This document shows positions 52,075 to 59,315 of a DNA stretch of 64,000 bases, piece by piece (position 1 is the first letter of the stretch; every line of letters begins with the position of its first letter). The stretch comes from a virus, in the IMG/VR virus record IMGVR_UViG_3300013102_000030, positions 32,001 through 96,000 of that record; one strand, written 5' to 3'. The translations under genes were made by a program, and so were the position numbers. The notes under the pieces are model-generated. The model was not told the origin of the DNA. It saw only the letters and a list, made by a program, of their open reading frames with translations, and did not search any database.

Positions 52075-52102
52075 TTGACAAACTATAAATGTATGGTACA
52101 AT
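52075..52102 (+). promoter_or_regulatory. SigA-like promoter
   Basis: TTGACA-16-TACAAT with a TGG extension. Confidence 0.7.
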
Positions 52103-52154
52103 TGTACTGTAAAGACATGAAGACTCGCCGTCTAACGGACTCTTCATGTTGTAG

Positions 52155-52404
<250 letters not shown>

Positions 52405-52411
52405 TCAAGTT

Positions 52412-52530
52412 TGAAAGAAGCGACGAAAACTGATACTTCGGAAACTATCAACTATTTATTGATTAGCGGTTCAATCCCGCAAACAGACCTTCCCGGTCTG
52501 ATAACCTCAGTTTTCACCTATTCTCTTTCA
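52412..52530 (+). ncRNA. Y-RNA-like RNA 3 (119 nt, three-hairpin cargo including a T-arm mimic)
   Basis: P1 TGAAAGA/TCTTTCA, GAAGCG, P2 GAAAACTGA/TCAGTTTTC, TACTTC; GCGG-TTCAATC-CCGC. Confidence 0.8.
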
Positions 52531-52534
52531 TTAT

Positions 52535-52607
52535 GCAGAAGTAGCTCAATTGGTAGAGCGCCTTCCTTCCAAGTAGGATGTTGCGGGTTCGAGTCCCGTC
52601 TTCTGCT
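52535..52607 (+). tRNA. tRNA-Gly(TCC)
   Basis: CCTTC-CTTCCAA-GTAGG; acceptor GCAGAAG/CTTCTGC. Confidence 0.92.
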
Positions 52608-52612
52608 CTAGT

Positions 52613-52684
52613 TACAGATGTGATGTTGTCGAGTTACTTCCAACTCTTATTCGAAACAACACTTGACACGCTCTGTTCTCTGTA
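52613..52684 (+). ncRNA. Y-RNA-like RNA 4 (minimal, 72 nt, directly upstream of ro60)
   Basis: P1 TACAGA/TCTGTA, variant GATGTG, P2 TGTCGAG/CTTGACA, TTACTTC, TTCTC. Confidence 0.75.
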
Positions 52685-52743
52685 CTAAGCTTTACACTGT
52701 TATCAGGTTCTCCTGAATTGAAAATGACGAAAGGTATATAATC

Positions 52744-54366
52744 ATGTCCAAGTACAACACTTCTTCTGCGCGTTCTCGCGCTGGTGTCGGCCCGATCAAG
52801 TCCGCACCTTCCACCAATCTTCGCACCTTTGAAGGTGCAACCGGCTTCGCTCGTGATGCCAAGTCTGAACTCTTCCTTGCCGCTGTCTCTGATTTCGGTG
52901 GAGAGGCAACTTTCTACGAGTCTGCCAGCAACCGCGCTGATCGTCTCAAGGGTCTTGCCCATGAGGTCGCTGTTCAGGATGCCGACTGGCTGACGAACTT
53001 CACTCAGTGGCTCCGCAACGAAGCCAACATGCGTACCGTCTCCCTCACCACTGCCCTTGAAGGTGCCAAGGCACTCAACAAGGCCGGTATTCCGGGTGGA
53101 CGCAAGCTGGTCTCCAACGCGATCCGTCGTGCTGATGAGGCCGGTGAAGCTCTCGCTTACTGGATGGCAAACAATGGTCGTAAGATCCCGTCTGCTGTCA
53201 AGCGCGGTATCGCTGATGGTGCTGTGAAGTCCTTCAGCGAGTACTCCCTTGCCAAGTACGACACGGCTTCCCACGGCTTCCGCTTCGGTGACGTGATCGA
53301 ACTGACCCACCCGTCTCCTCGGGACGAGAAGCAGTCCGACCTGTTCAAGTTCGCGCTTGACCGTCGTCGTGACGCTGCCGCAGAGCCTTCTGAGAACCTG
53401 ACCATGCTCCAGAAGCGTAAGGAATTCCTCGCGCTTTCTGACGCTGAGAAGCGTGAACTGGTCAACTCCGGTAAGGCTCTCGATGTCCTGTCTCAGGCTG
53501 GCCTGACGTGGGAGGTTCTGTCCTCTGCGTACGGTAAGGGTGGTCTCGATGCCAAGGGCTGGGAAGCAATCATCCCTTCCATGGGTTACATGGCTCTGCT
53601 CCGCAACCTTCGTAACTTTGAAGAGAAGGGCGTTTCTGACGCTGTTCTGGATCAGGTAGCTGCACGGATCTCCGATCCTGCTGAAGTTGCCAAGTCCCGT
53701 CAGCTTCCGTTCCGCTTCCTCGCGGCCTATCAGGCGAACAAGGGTTCCCTCCGCTTCGGCTACCCTCTGGAGAAGGCCCTCAAGGCTTCTCTGGAGAACG
53801 TTCCGGCTCTGGATGGCGATACCCTGATCCTCGTGGACCGCTCCATCTCCATGTTCGGTACCCTCTCCAAGAGCACTCAGTTGAACTTCGCTGACTCTGC
53901 TGCTCTGTTTGGTTCCGCCCTTGCTCTGCGTGCAGAGAAGGCTACTCTTGTGGCCTTTGGCGATAACTCCAAGGAGATCTCCTTCAAGCGCAGCGATTCG
54001 GTTCTCAAGACCGTTGAGCGCTTTGAGCGCATGGGTGGTACGATGACCTATGACGCTCTGGTGAAGCACTTTGATCCGTCAAAGCACACCCGTGTTGTCC
54101 TCATCACCGATGAGCAGGCAACCGGTGCGTACTACCGATCCACGGCAAACCGTGGCTGGGGATACCAGACCGTTCAGGGAGACATCCTTGATGCCATTCC
54201 TTCCACCATCCCGGCATACACTTGGAACCTCGCGGGTTACAGGGCCGGTCACGGTGAGTCCAAGACGAACCGAACCTATCTGGGTGGTTTGTCCGATCAG
54301 GCTTTCAAGCTGATCCCGCTCCTTGAGCGTGGATACGACGCTGGCTGGCCTTGGGAAGTCAAGTGA
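52744..54366 (+). CDS. rsr: Ro60 / TROVE-domain RNA-binding protein with C-terminal vWA domain
   Basis: TFEGATGF..ELFL..TFYE, LR.EANMRT, RADE.GE, LAKYD, MGYMALLRNLRN, SRQLPFRF, vWA MIDAS LVDRSISM and LITDEQ, WNLAGY. Confidence 0.93.
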   Translation: MSKYNTSSARSRAGVGPIKSAPSTNLRTFEGATGFARDAKSELFLAAVSDFGGEATFYESASNRADRLKGLAHEVAVQDADWLTNFTQWLRNEANMRTVSLTTALEGAKALNKAGIPGGRKLVSNAIRRADEAGEALAYWMANNGRKIPSAVKRGIADGAVKSFSEYSLAKYDTASHGFRFGDVIELTHPSPRDEKQSDLFKFALDRRRDAAAEPSENLTMLQKRKEFLALSDAEKRELVNSGKALDVLSQAGLTWEVLSSAYGKGGLDAKGWEAIIPSMGYMALLRNLRNFEEKGVSDAVLDQVAARISDPAEVAKSRQLPFRFLAAYQANKGSLRFGYPLEKALKASLENVPALDGDTLILVDRSISMFGTLSKSTQLNFADSAALFGSALALRAEKATLVAFGDNSKEISFKRSDSVLKTVERFERMGGTMTYDALVKHFDPSKHTRVVLITDEQATGAYYRSTANRGWGYQTVQGDILDAIPSTIPAYTWNLAGYRAGHGESKTNRTYLGGLSDQAFKLIPLLERGYDAGWPWEVK

Positions 54367-54377
54367 CTTTCCTCCTG

Positions 54378-54425
54378 CTCTTTCCGGTTGCTCTGGCTCT
54401 TTTGGGCTGGGGCAACCGGAAGGAG
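54378..54425 (+). terminator. Long hairpin after ro60
   Basis: CTCTTTCCGGTTGCTCTGGCTC-tttt-GGGCTGGGGCAACCGGAAGGAG. Confidence 0.7.
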
Positions 54426-54435
54426 ATGTGGTAAC

Positions 54436-54465
54436 TTGACCTCAGTCTGAGGACTGTGGTACAAT
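54436..54465 (+). promoter_or_regulatory. SigA-like promoter
   Basis: TTGACC-18-TACAAT with TGG; predicted +1 near 54471-54472, the start of Y-like RNA 5. Confidence 0.75.
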
Positions 54466-54470
54466 AGATT

Positions 54471-54579
54471 TACTGAAGCGCAGAGTAGAGTTACTTCATA
54501 TCATTCATGGTACGCCCTGTTGGAGGGTTTACGGGTTCAACTCCCGCGTAAAAATCTCTCTATTCGATTTTTCTCAGTG
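54471..54579 (+). ncRNA. Y-RNA-like RNA 5 (109 nt, cargo with a T-arm mimic)
   Basis: P1 TACTGA/TCAGTG, GAAGCG, P2 GAGTAGAG/CTCTATTC, TTACTTC; CGGG-TTCAACT-CCCG. Confidence 0.8.
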
Positions 54580-54581
54580 AT

Positions 54582-54655
54582 GCTTCCTTAGCTCAGTTGG
54601 CCAGAGCGGCGCTCTTGTAAAGCGTAGGTCGTCGGTTCGAATCCGACAGGAAGCT
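54582..54655 (+). tRNA. tRNA-Thr(TGT)
   Basis: GCGCT-CTTGTAA-AGCGT; acceptor GCTTCCT/AGGAAGC. Confidence 0.93.
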
Positions 54656-54658
54656 CTA

Positions 54659-54797
54659 GTCCAGAAGTGATAGATACCTGTTACTTCCTCTGTTAATGGA
54701 CGAGACCGTGGTTCGATTCCCGGATACCCCGCTTCATGGGGTATTAGTGTAATGGTTTAGCACTGTAAAATCACAGGGATCGCCTTTTTCTCTGGAC
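54659..54797 (+). ncRNA. YrlA-type Y RNA 6 (139 nt, circularly permuted tRNA-like domain)
   Basis: P1 GTCCAGA/TCTGGAC; T-arm (GGTTCGATTCC), closed acceptor-like stem ATACCCC/GGGGTAT, then D-arm GTGT-AATGGTTTA-GCAC. Confidence 0.88.
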
Positions 54798-54803
54798 AAA
54801 ATT

Positions 54804-54952
54804 TTGTGTGAAGTGTAAAGAAGAGTTACTTCTAACTCAAATCAGCGGGTCGCAGGTTCGAATCCTGTCACCTGACCGTTCGCGGTTGGGTGTAGCTCAG
54901 ATGGAAGAGCAGCCGACATCTAACAAGCCTCTTCTTGCTTGTTCTCACACGA
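54804..54952 (+). ncRNA. YrlA-type Y RNA 7 (149 nt, circularly permuted tRNA-like domain)
   Basis: P1 TTGTGTGA/TCACACGA, P2 AAGAAGAG/CTCTTCTT; GCAGG-TTCGAAT-CCTGT, CACCTGACC/GGTTGGGTG, TAGCTCAGATGGAAGAGC. Confidence 0.9.
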
Positions 54953-54955
54953 TAT

Positions 54956-55030
54956 GGCGCTGTAGCTCAGTTTAGGCAGAGCGACTGATTGAAAATCAGT
55001 AGGTCGCGGGTTCGATCCCCGTTGGTGCCA
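54956..55030 (+). tRNA. tRNA-Phe(GAA)
   Basis: ACTGA-TTGAAAA-TCAGT. Confidence 0.93.
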
Positions 55031-55039
55031 CTCCCCCTT

Positions 55040-55111
55040 TGGGCTATAGGGTAAAGGCAACCCGGCGATCTTTGGAATCGTAGATTCTTGGTTCGAATCC
55101 AAGTAGCCCAG
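55040..55111 (+). tRNA. tRNA-Gln(TTG)
   Basis: GCGAT-CTTTGGA-ATCGT. Confidence 0.92.
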
Positions 55112-55155
55112 CTATGGTATAATATACTTGTTACGTAACACACTTAGGAGCTAAA

Positions 55156-55347
55156 ATGGCACTTCCAACCAACAAGATGTCTCAGGATGTCCTCTTCAAG
55201 ACTCAGGGCGCACGCGTCACTGAGGACTCAGAAAACGCACGTATCGCTATCCGCGACGACTCCCCTGCTGGTGACTCCACGGGCGAGTCCATTGCAACCG
55301 AAAACTCGGAAAACAAGCGTATTGGGACAGTAGTCTATCCTGCATAG
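55156..55347 (+). CDS. Small hypothetical protein with its own promoter and terminator
   Basis: 63 aa; TGGTATAAT at 55115; AGGAG RBS. Confidence 0.75.
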   Translation: MALPTNKMSQDVLFKTQGARVTEDSENARIAIRDDSPAGDSTGESIATENSENKRIGTVVYPA

Positions 55348-55358
55348 ATCTAATCGAT

Positions 55359-55399
55359 GAAGGGGCGGACTGCTTGTACAAAGCGGTTCGCCCTTTTTC
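55359..55399 (+). terminator. Rho-independent terminator
   Basis: GAAGGGGCGGACTGCTT-gtaca-AAGCGGTTCGCCCTTTT. Confidence 0.65.
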
Positions 55400-55403
55400 G
55401 TAG

Positions 55404-55475
55404 TCCGGTGTAGGGTAATGGCATCCCGACTGTCTCTGGAACAGTAGATTCTAGGTTCGAATCCTAGCACCGGAA
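55404..55475 (+). tRNA. tRNA-Gln(CTG)
   Basis: ACTGT-CTCTGGA-ACAGT. Confidence 0.92.
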
Positions 55476-55485
55476 CGCAAGACAA

Positions 55486-55559
55486 TCCCGCATAGCTCAG
55501 TTGGTTAGAGCGCCGTCCTGATAAGACGGAGGTCGTTGGTTCAAATCCAACTGTGGGAA
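55486..55559 (+). tRNA. tRNA-Ile(GAT)
   Basis: CCGTC-CTGATAA-GACGG. Confidence 0.93.
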
Positions 55560-55560
55560 C

Positions 55561-55725
55561 ATGGAACTACTAGGAACGTACGTCATCTGGGGACTTGTAC
55601 TAGCCTTGATTGTTGTGGCTGCTAAAGGTCTCGTAGGAAAAGCTGATCCGTCAGAGGATGACGGAATTGACTACGATTCAGACGGTGTGATACTGTTTGG
55701 ATTGAAACACCGCAAGAACAATTGA
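55561..55725 (+). CDS. Small membrane protein (54 aa; below the ORF-track cutoff)
   Basis: MELLGTYVIWGLVLALIVVAAKGLVGKADPSEDDGIDYDSDGVILFGLKHRKNN; fills the gap after tRNA-Ile. Confidence 0.55.
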   Translation: MELLGTYVIWGLVLALIVVAAKGLVGKADPSEDDGIDYDSDGVILFGLKHRKNN

Positions 55726-55746
55726 CACAACGACGAAAGGCATTAC

Positions 55747-56226
55747 ATGGAATTTCTCTGGTTTCTGGTACTGGTAGGACTGGCTGTCTGGCTGATCCTG
55801 AGGCACAAGAAGAAGGTAGCCGCACGGCGAGAAGCTGAGCGACGTGCAGAGCGTGAACGCGCTGAGGCCATCCGCAGGCAGATCGAATCGGTACAGCGGC
55901 AACAGCGAGAACGTGACGCTCGGGCAGCACACCCCGCAGGCCGACTCCTTGGAAACCGACTCCCGAAGTCCAGTACTCCCCGGAGCTACGGCTCCAGCAC
56001 CGGTCGAAGCTCTTCCAGCCGCAGCAGCAGTCGTAGCAGCTACGATGACTCCGGCACCAACCTTCTGACCGGTATCGCAATCGGATCGCTCTTCTCCGGA
56101 GGCAGCGACTCAGGTAGCCACCACACCAGCCACAGCAGCCACGACTCAGGATCTAGCTCCAGCAGCTACGATTCCGGCTCCAGCTACTCCGACTCCGGAT
56201 CTTCCTCCGGTGGAGGCTGGGAATAA
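55747..56226 (+). CDS. Membrane-anchored protein with Ser-rich tail
   Basis: N-terminal transmembrane helix, Arg/Glu coil, Ser/Gly low-complexity C-terminus; AAAGG RBS. Confidence 0.75.
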   Translation: MEFLWFLVLVGLAVWLILRHKKKVAARREAERRAERERAEAIRRQIESVQRQQRERDARAAHPAGRLLGNRLPKSSTPRSYGSSTGRSSSSRSSSRSSYDDSGTNLLTGIAIGSLFSGGSDSGSHHTSHSSHDSGSSSSSYDSGSSYSDSGSSSGGGWE

Positions 56227-56253
56227 GTTTTACGCTCTCCTCCGGGAGAGTTT

Positions 56254-56327
56254 GCCCCCATGGCAGTAGCGGATATCTCGCCGGACTTTCACTCCGGAGA
56301 TCGCGGGTTCGAATCCCGCTGGGGGTA
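56254..56327 (+). tRNA. tRNA-Glu(TTC)
   Basis: CCGGA-CTTTCAC-TCCGG. Confidence 0.9.
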
Positions 56328-56329
56328 CT

Positions 56330-56457
56330 GGATGTAGCTCAAGGTAGAGTACTTGGCGTTGTGACGGTTGCAAACGGAGCGCGCCCATGTCATGGTTGAT
56401 CGCCTGATGTGTCGGTTTGTAGCCGAAGTGGATAGCGGTATCGTAGTCCGCTCATCC
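56330..56457 (+). ncRNA. tRNA-like RNA with a large inserted arm
   Basis: GGATG/CATCC acceptor-like stem, D-arm GCTC-AAGGTA-GAGT, T-like arm AGCGG-TATCGTAGT-CCGCT, ~55-60-nt insert. Confidence 0.55.
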
Positions 56458-56465
56458 TTCCGTTT

Positions 56466-56538
56466 GGCCCTGTAGAGTAGCGGATAACTCATTTCTCTCT
56501 CACAGAAAAGATCACGGGTTCGAATCCCGTCAGGGTCA
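56466..56538 (+). tRNA. tRNA-Glu(CTC)
   Basis: TTTCT-CTCTCAC-AGAAA. Confidence 0.9.
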
Positions 56539-56591
56539 CGAGGCATCTATGCCTGTAGTATGGACTAACCCTTCAGAGGCAAAAATAGTAT

Positions 56592-56675
56592 GGAGATGTG
56601 GCAGAGCGGCCTAATGCGCTAGTCTTGAAAACTAGTGGGTGTAATGCCCCAAGGGTTCAAATCCCTTCGTCTCCG
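56592..56675 (+). tRNA. tRNA-Ser(TGA)
   Basis: CTAGT-CTTGAAA-ACTAG, long variable arm. Confidence 0.93.
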
Positions 56676-56742
56676 CGTGTTTGGTTCCGTCCGTTACGGG
56701 ACTAGGATGACAACCTGATCTGTGAAAAGACAAACAGTCTCT

Positions 56743-56826
56743 GGAGAGGCCAGTCTGGTTTCGGAAGCCTGTTTGGAACACAGGTATGGGTTCACGCCCT
56801 CGTGGGTTCAACTCCCATCCTCTCCG
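56743..56826 (+). tRNA. tRNA-Ser(GGA), atypical D-arm
   Basis: CCTGT-TTGGAAC-ACAGG, acceptor GGAGAGG/CCTCTCC, variable arm. Confidence 0.8.
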
Positions 56827-56887
56827 CTTTGGGCGGCCTATCATACACTATAATAGAAGTTGTACCAATTTCTATCTTAGGTGTTAC

Positions 56888-57586
56888 ATGGCTGAGAAAA
56901 CTTTCAACTGGATTCCGCTATTCGATGAACGATCCAAGGACTACCCACTACGAGCAGCCATCAAGGAACGCCCCACAAGGCGAACCAAGAAGTGGCGAAA
57001 CGGAGTGATCCTTGATCAGGGACGTGAAGGTGCTTGTGTAGGCTTTGGATGGACCGCTGAGGCCCTTTCAACGCCTGTGGCAGTGGATCTCAAGCGAGTC
57101 AAGGCTGATGTCCCAGATGACCCTACTGCGTTCGCACAGCACATCTACCACCGAGCTAAAGAGCTTGACGAGTATGATGGTGTGGACTATGATGGAACTT
57201 CAGTCCTTGCCGGAGCGAAAGCTATGCGTGAGGCTGGCCTCATCAAGGAGTTCCGCTGGTGCTTTGGCATTGAAGATGTCATCGATGCTCTTCTCACCAA
57301 GGGTCCGGTCATTCTCGGGATCTACTGGTACGAGAGCATGTACGATGCTCCAGAAGGCATTGTCTCCGTCTCCGGGGAGATTGTTGGTGGACACTGCATT
57401 GCTGCTGTAGGATTCAAGCTGGCAAAGGATTCACCAACAGGTGAAGACACCATCATCCTTCAGAACTCATGGGGATACAACTGGGGCACGTTCGGTCTTG
57501 CTGAGATCCGTGTCTCTGAGCTAGCCACTCTCCTGAAGAACTCTGGAGAAGCTTGCGTTGTAACAAAGCGCAGCTACGGTCGCTAG
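56888..57586 (+). CDS. Papain-like (C1A) cysteine peptidase
   Basis: DQGREGACVGF (Cys), GGHC (His), QNSWG..WG..G (Asn); start at ATG 56888 because the listed start overlaps a tRNA. Confidence 0.88.
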   Translation: MAEKTFNWIPLFDERSKDYPLRAAIKERPTRRTKKWRNGVILDQGREGACVGFGWTAEALSTPVAVDLKRVKADVPDDPTAFAQHIYHRAKELDEYDGVDYDGTSVLAGAKAMREAGLIKEFRWCFGIEDVIDALLTKGPVILGIYWYESMYDAPEGIVSVSGEIVGGHCIAAVGFKLAKDSPTGEDTIILQNSWGYNWGTFGLAEIRVSELATLLKNSGEACVVTKRSYGR

Positions 57587-57625
57587 TGGTATAATGAAAC
57601 AGTTCGGGATCTGTAAAATCCCTCT

Positions 57626-57698
57626 GGGAGATTAGCTCAGTTGGTAGAGCGCCACTTTTACACAGTGGATGTCATCGGTTCGAATCCGGTATCTCCTA
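57626..57698 (+). tRNA. tRNA-Val(TAC)
   Basis: CCACT-TTTACAC-AGTGG. Confidence 0.93.
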
Positions 57699-57699
57699 C

Positions 57700-57782
57700 G
57701 CTTCCGTGGCGGAATGGCAGACGTGCCGACCTCAAGACTCGGTGTCCTTCGTGGCGTGTGGGTTCGAATCCCACCGGGAGTA
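57700..57782 (+). tRNA. tRNA-Leu(CAA)
   Basis: CCGAC-CTCAAGA-CTCGG, Leu-type D-arm and variable arm. Confidence 0.9.
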
Positions 57783-57829
57783 CTCAAATACAAAGATAAA
57801 GACAATACAAGAACAACGGAAAAGGAACA

Positions 57830-59176
57830 TTGACTACTCACACGCGCACTGTTCTCAAGGAACGTCAACTTCATGGTAAGACATGGGAGGGGCAGAAGAC
57901 TTGGGAGAGTTTGAAACAGACCGTTCTTGTGGAGGGTCCGGACACTGTCTCCATCTACGAGAACACCCTCACAGAAGGTATCTCAGTCAATGGTAAGCCA
58001 TGGAAACGGTGGTCACTGGAATCAGCAGTGTACTTCTCCATGCGCGGCACCTATGAAGGCAAGCCTGTTCTGAAGGTCTTCCGAAAGAAGAAGTACCGTG
58101 CTCCCGGAGCAGCACGTCTAACTACCAGCCTTCGTGATGTCACTAAGACCTCTGGATTCACTGCTGGATACGTCCAGAACGTTCCGGAGGTACGAGAGGC
58201 AGTTCTGAAGCTTGTAGCAGCGAAAACGTCAAAAGACATTGAAGATGTCAAGAAATCGATCCCTACTGATGGCAGATCTCCTCATCCTCTTTTCGGAATG
58301 GCATTTCCGCTCTTCGCTCATTGGGACGACGCTGTTGCCACTGTAGGAATCCCGCACATGCGGTCATCCAACATCAATGACTTCACTCAGAAGCTGTTTG
58401 GCAAGACCCGTTACCGAAAGGACTTGGTCAAGGCTGTAGCCAACTGCCCAGACCCTGACCTCCTGAAGAACGCCTACGAACTCCGTGGACTGGTCCCGAT
58501 TGACTGGATCATCCGTTACCTCCGGGAATCAGCAGAGCAGCATCAGCCAAAGCGGAATCGGGGGATTACCTATCATACTCCTATGAAGATCCACAATCTT
58601 CGTGAAGGGTTCAAGAAGATGACTCCTGCTCAGCGGAAGTCTCTCTTCCCGGCCCTACTTGACATGAAGGCTCACACCCGTTACGTCGTGGAAGACACCA
58701 TGCGATCCATCGACAAGCTTCCGGAAGAGACTGTCCACACCGTGAAGATGAAGGCTTCAGAACTGCGCCGCGTTCACGATGAACTGGCTGCTGAAGTACG
58801 GAAGCTTCGTGAAGCCAACCTGACCATTCCCGTCAGTGACCTTGCCAAGAAGATCAAGGAAGCCACCTTTGACGGGATCTCGGTTGTCCCTGCATCCAAC
58901 ACTCACGAGGTCATCGGATGGGGCAGAGACATGAACCACTGCATTGCCAGCTACAACCGGCATGCTGTCTCCAAAGAGCGGACCCTTGTCGGAATCTACA
59001 AGGACGGCAACCTTATCGGTAATGCGAGTTTCCGTGCGGACAACACCTGTGAGCAGGCATTCGGAAAGAACAACCAGCGCATGCCTGAAGAGGTTCTGGA
59101 GTCCCTGAAGGATGGCCTGAAGGGCGTTGTCAACTTCAAGGGAGCTTGGGGTGTAGACAAGAACTCCTACTTCTGA
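57830..59176 (+). CDS. PcfJ-like domain protein
   Basis: C-terminal HD.L....P....E...WG..MNHCIASY....EQ.FG..N; AAAGGA RBS. Confidence 0.75.
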   Translation: MTTHTRTVLKERQLHGKTWEGQKTWESLKQTVLVEGPDTVSIYENTLTEGISVNGKPWKRWSLESAVYFSMRGTYEGKPVLKVFRKKKYRAPGAARLTTSLRDVTKTSGFTAGYVQNVPEVREAVLKLVAAKTSKDIEDVKKSIPTDGRSPHPLFGMAFPLFAHWDDAVATVGIPHMRSSNINDFTQKLFGKTRYRKDLVKAVANCPDPDLLKNAYELRGLVPIDWIIRYLRESAEQHQPKRNRGITYHTPMKIHNLREGFKKMTPAQRKSLFPALLDMKAHTRYVVEDTMRSIDKLPEETVHTVKMKASELRRVHDELAAEVRKLREANLTIPVSDLAKKIKEATFDGISVVPASNTHEVIGWGRDMNHCIASYNRHAVSKERTLVGIYKDGNLIGNASFRADNTCEQAFGKNNQRMPEEVLESLKDGLKGVVNFKGAWGVDKNSYF

Positions 59177-59182
59177 TATAAT
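59154..59182 (+). promoter_or_regulatory. SigA-like promoter
   Basis: TAGACA-17-TATAAT; the TGn extension is the upstream TGA stop. Confidence 0.7.
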
Positions 59183-59315
59183 TGTTACAACACGACGGCA
59201 ATTCGGCCTCTGATAAAGAGGGGATTGCAGGATGCCCTGTTCGCCCGAGCAGTAGGACCGTTCTCTTGGCTAAGGTAACCAGTAGGCCACTGGGGAAGTA
59301 AGCAATCGGGCATCT

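Noticed and set aside
52115-52149. Hairpin ACATGAAGA..TCTTCATGT as an eighth Y-like RNA
   Set aside because: It lacks GAAGYG, the internal TACTTC and the bulged TTCTC; treated as a leader hairpin before tRNA-Pro.
52612-54069. 485-aa minus-strand ORF antisense to ro60
   Set aside because: Codon-aligned shadow of a strongly biased gene; no RBS or recognisable motif, and all supported genes are on the + strand.
54700-54915. Extra tRNA genes suggested by GGTTCGA and TAGCTCAG motifs
   Set aside because: The T-arm precedes the D-arm and there is no anticodon arm; these are the permuted domains of Y RNAs 6 and 7.
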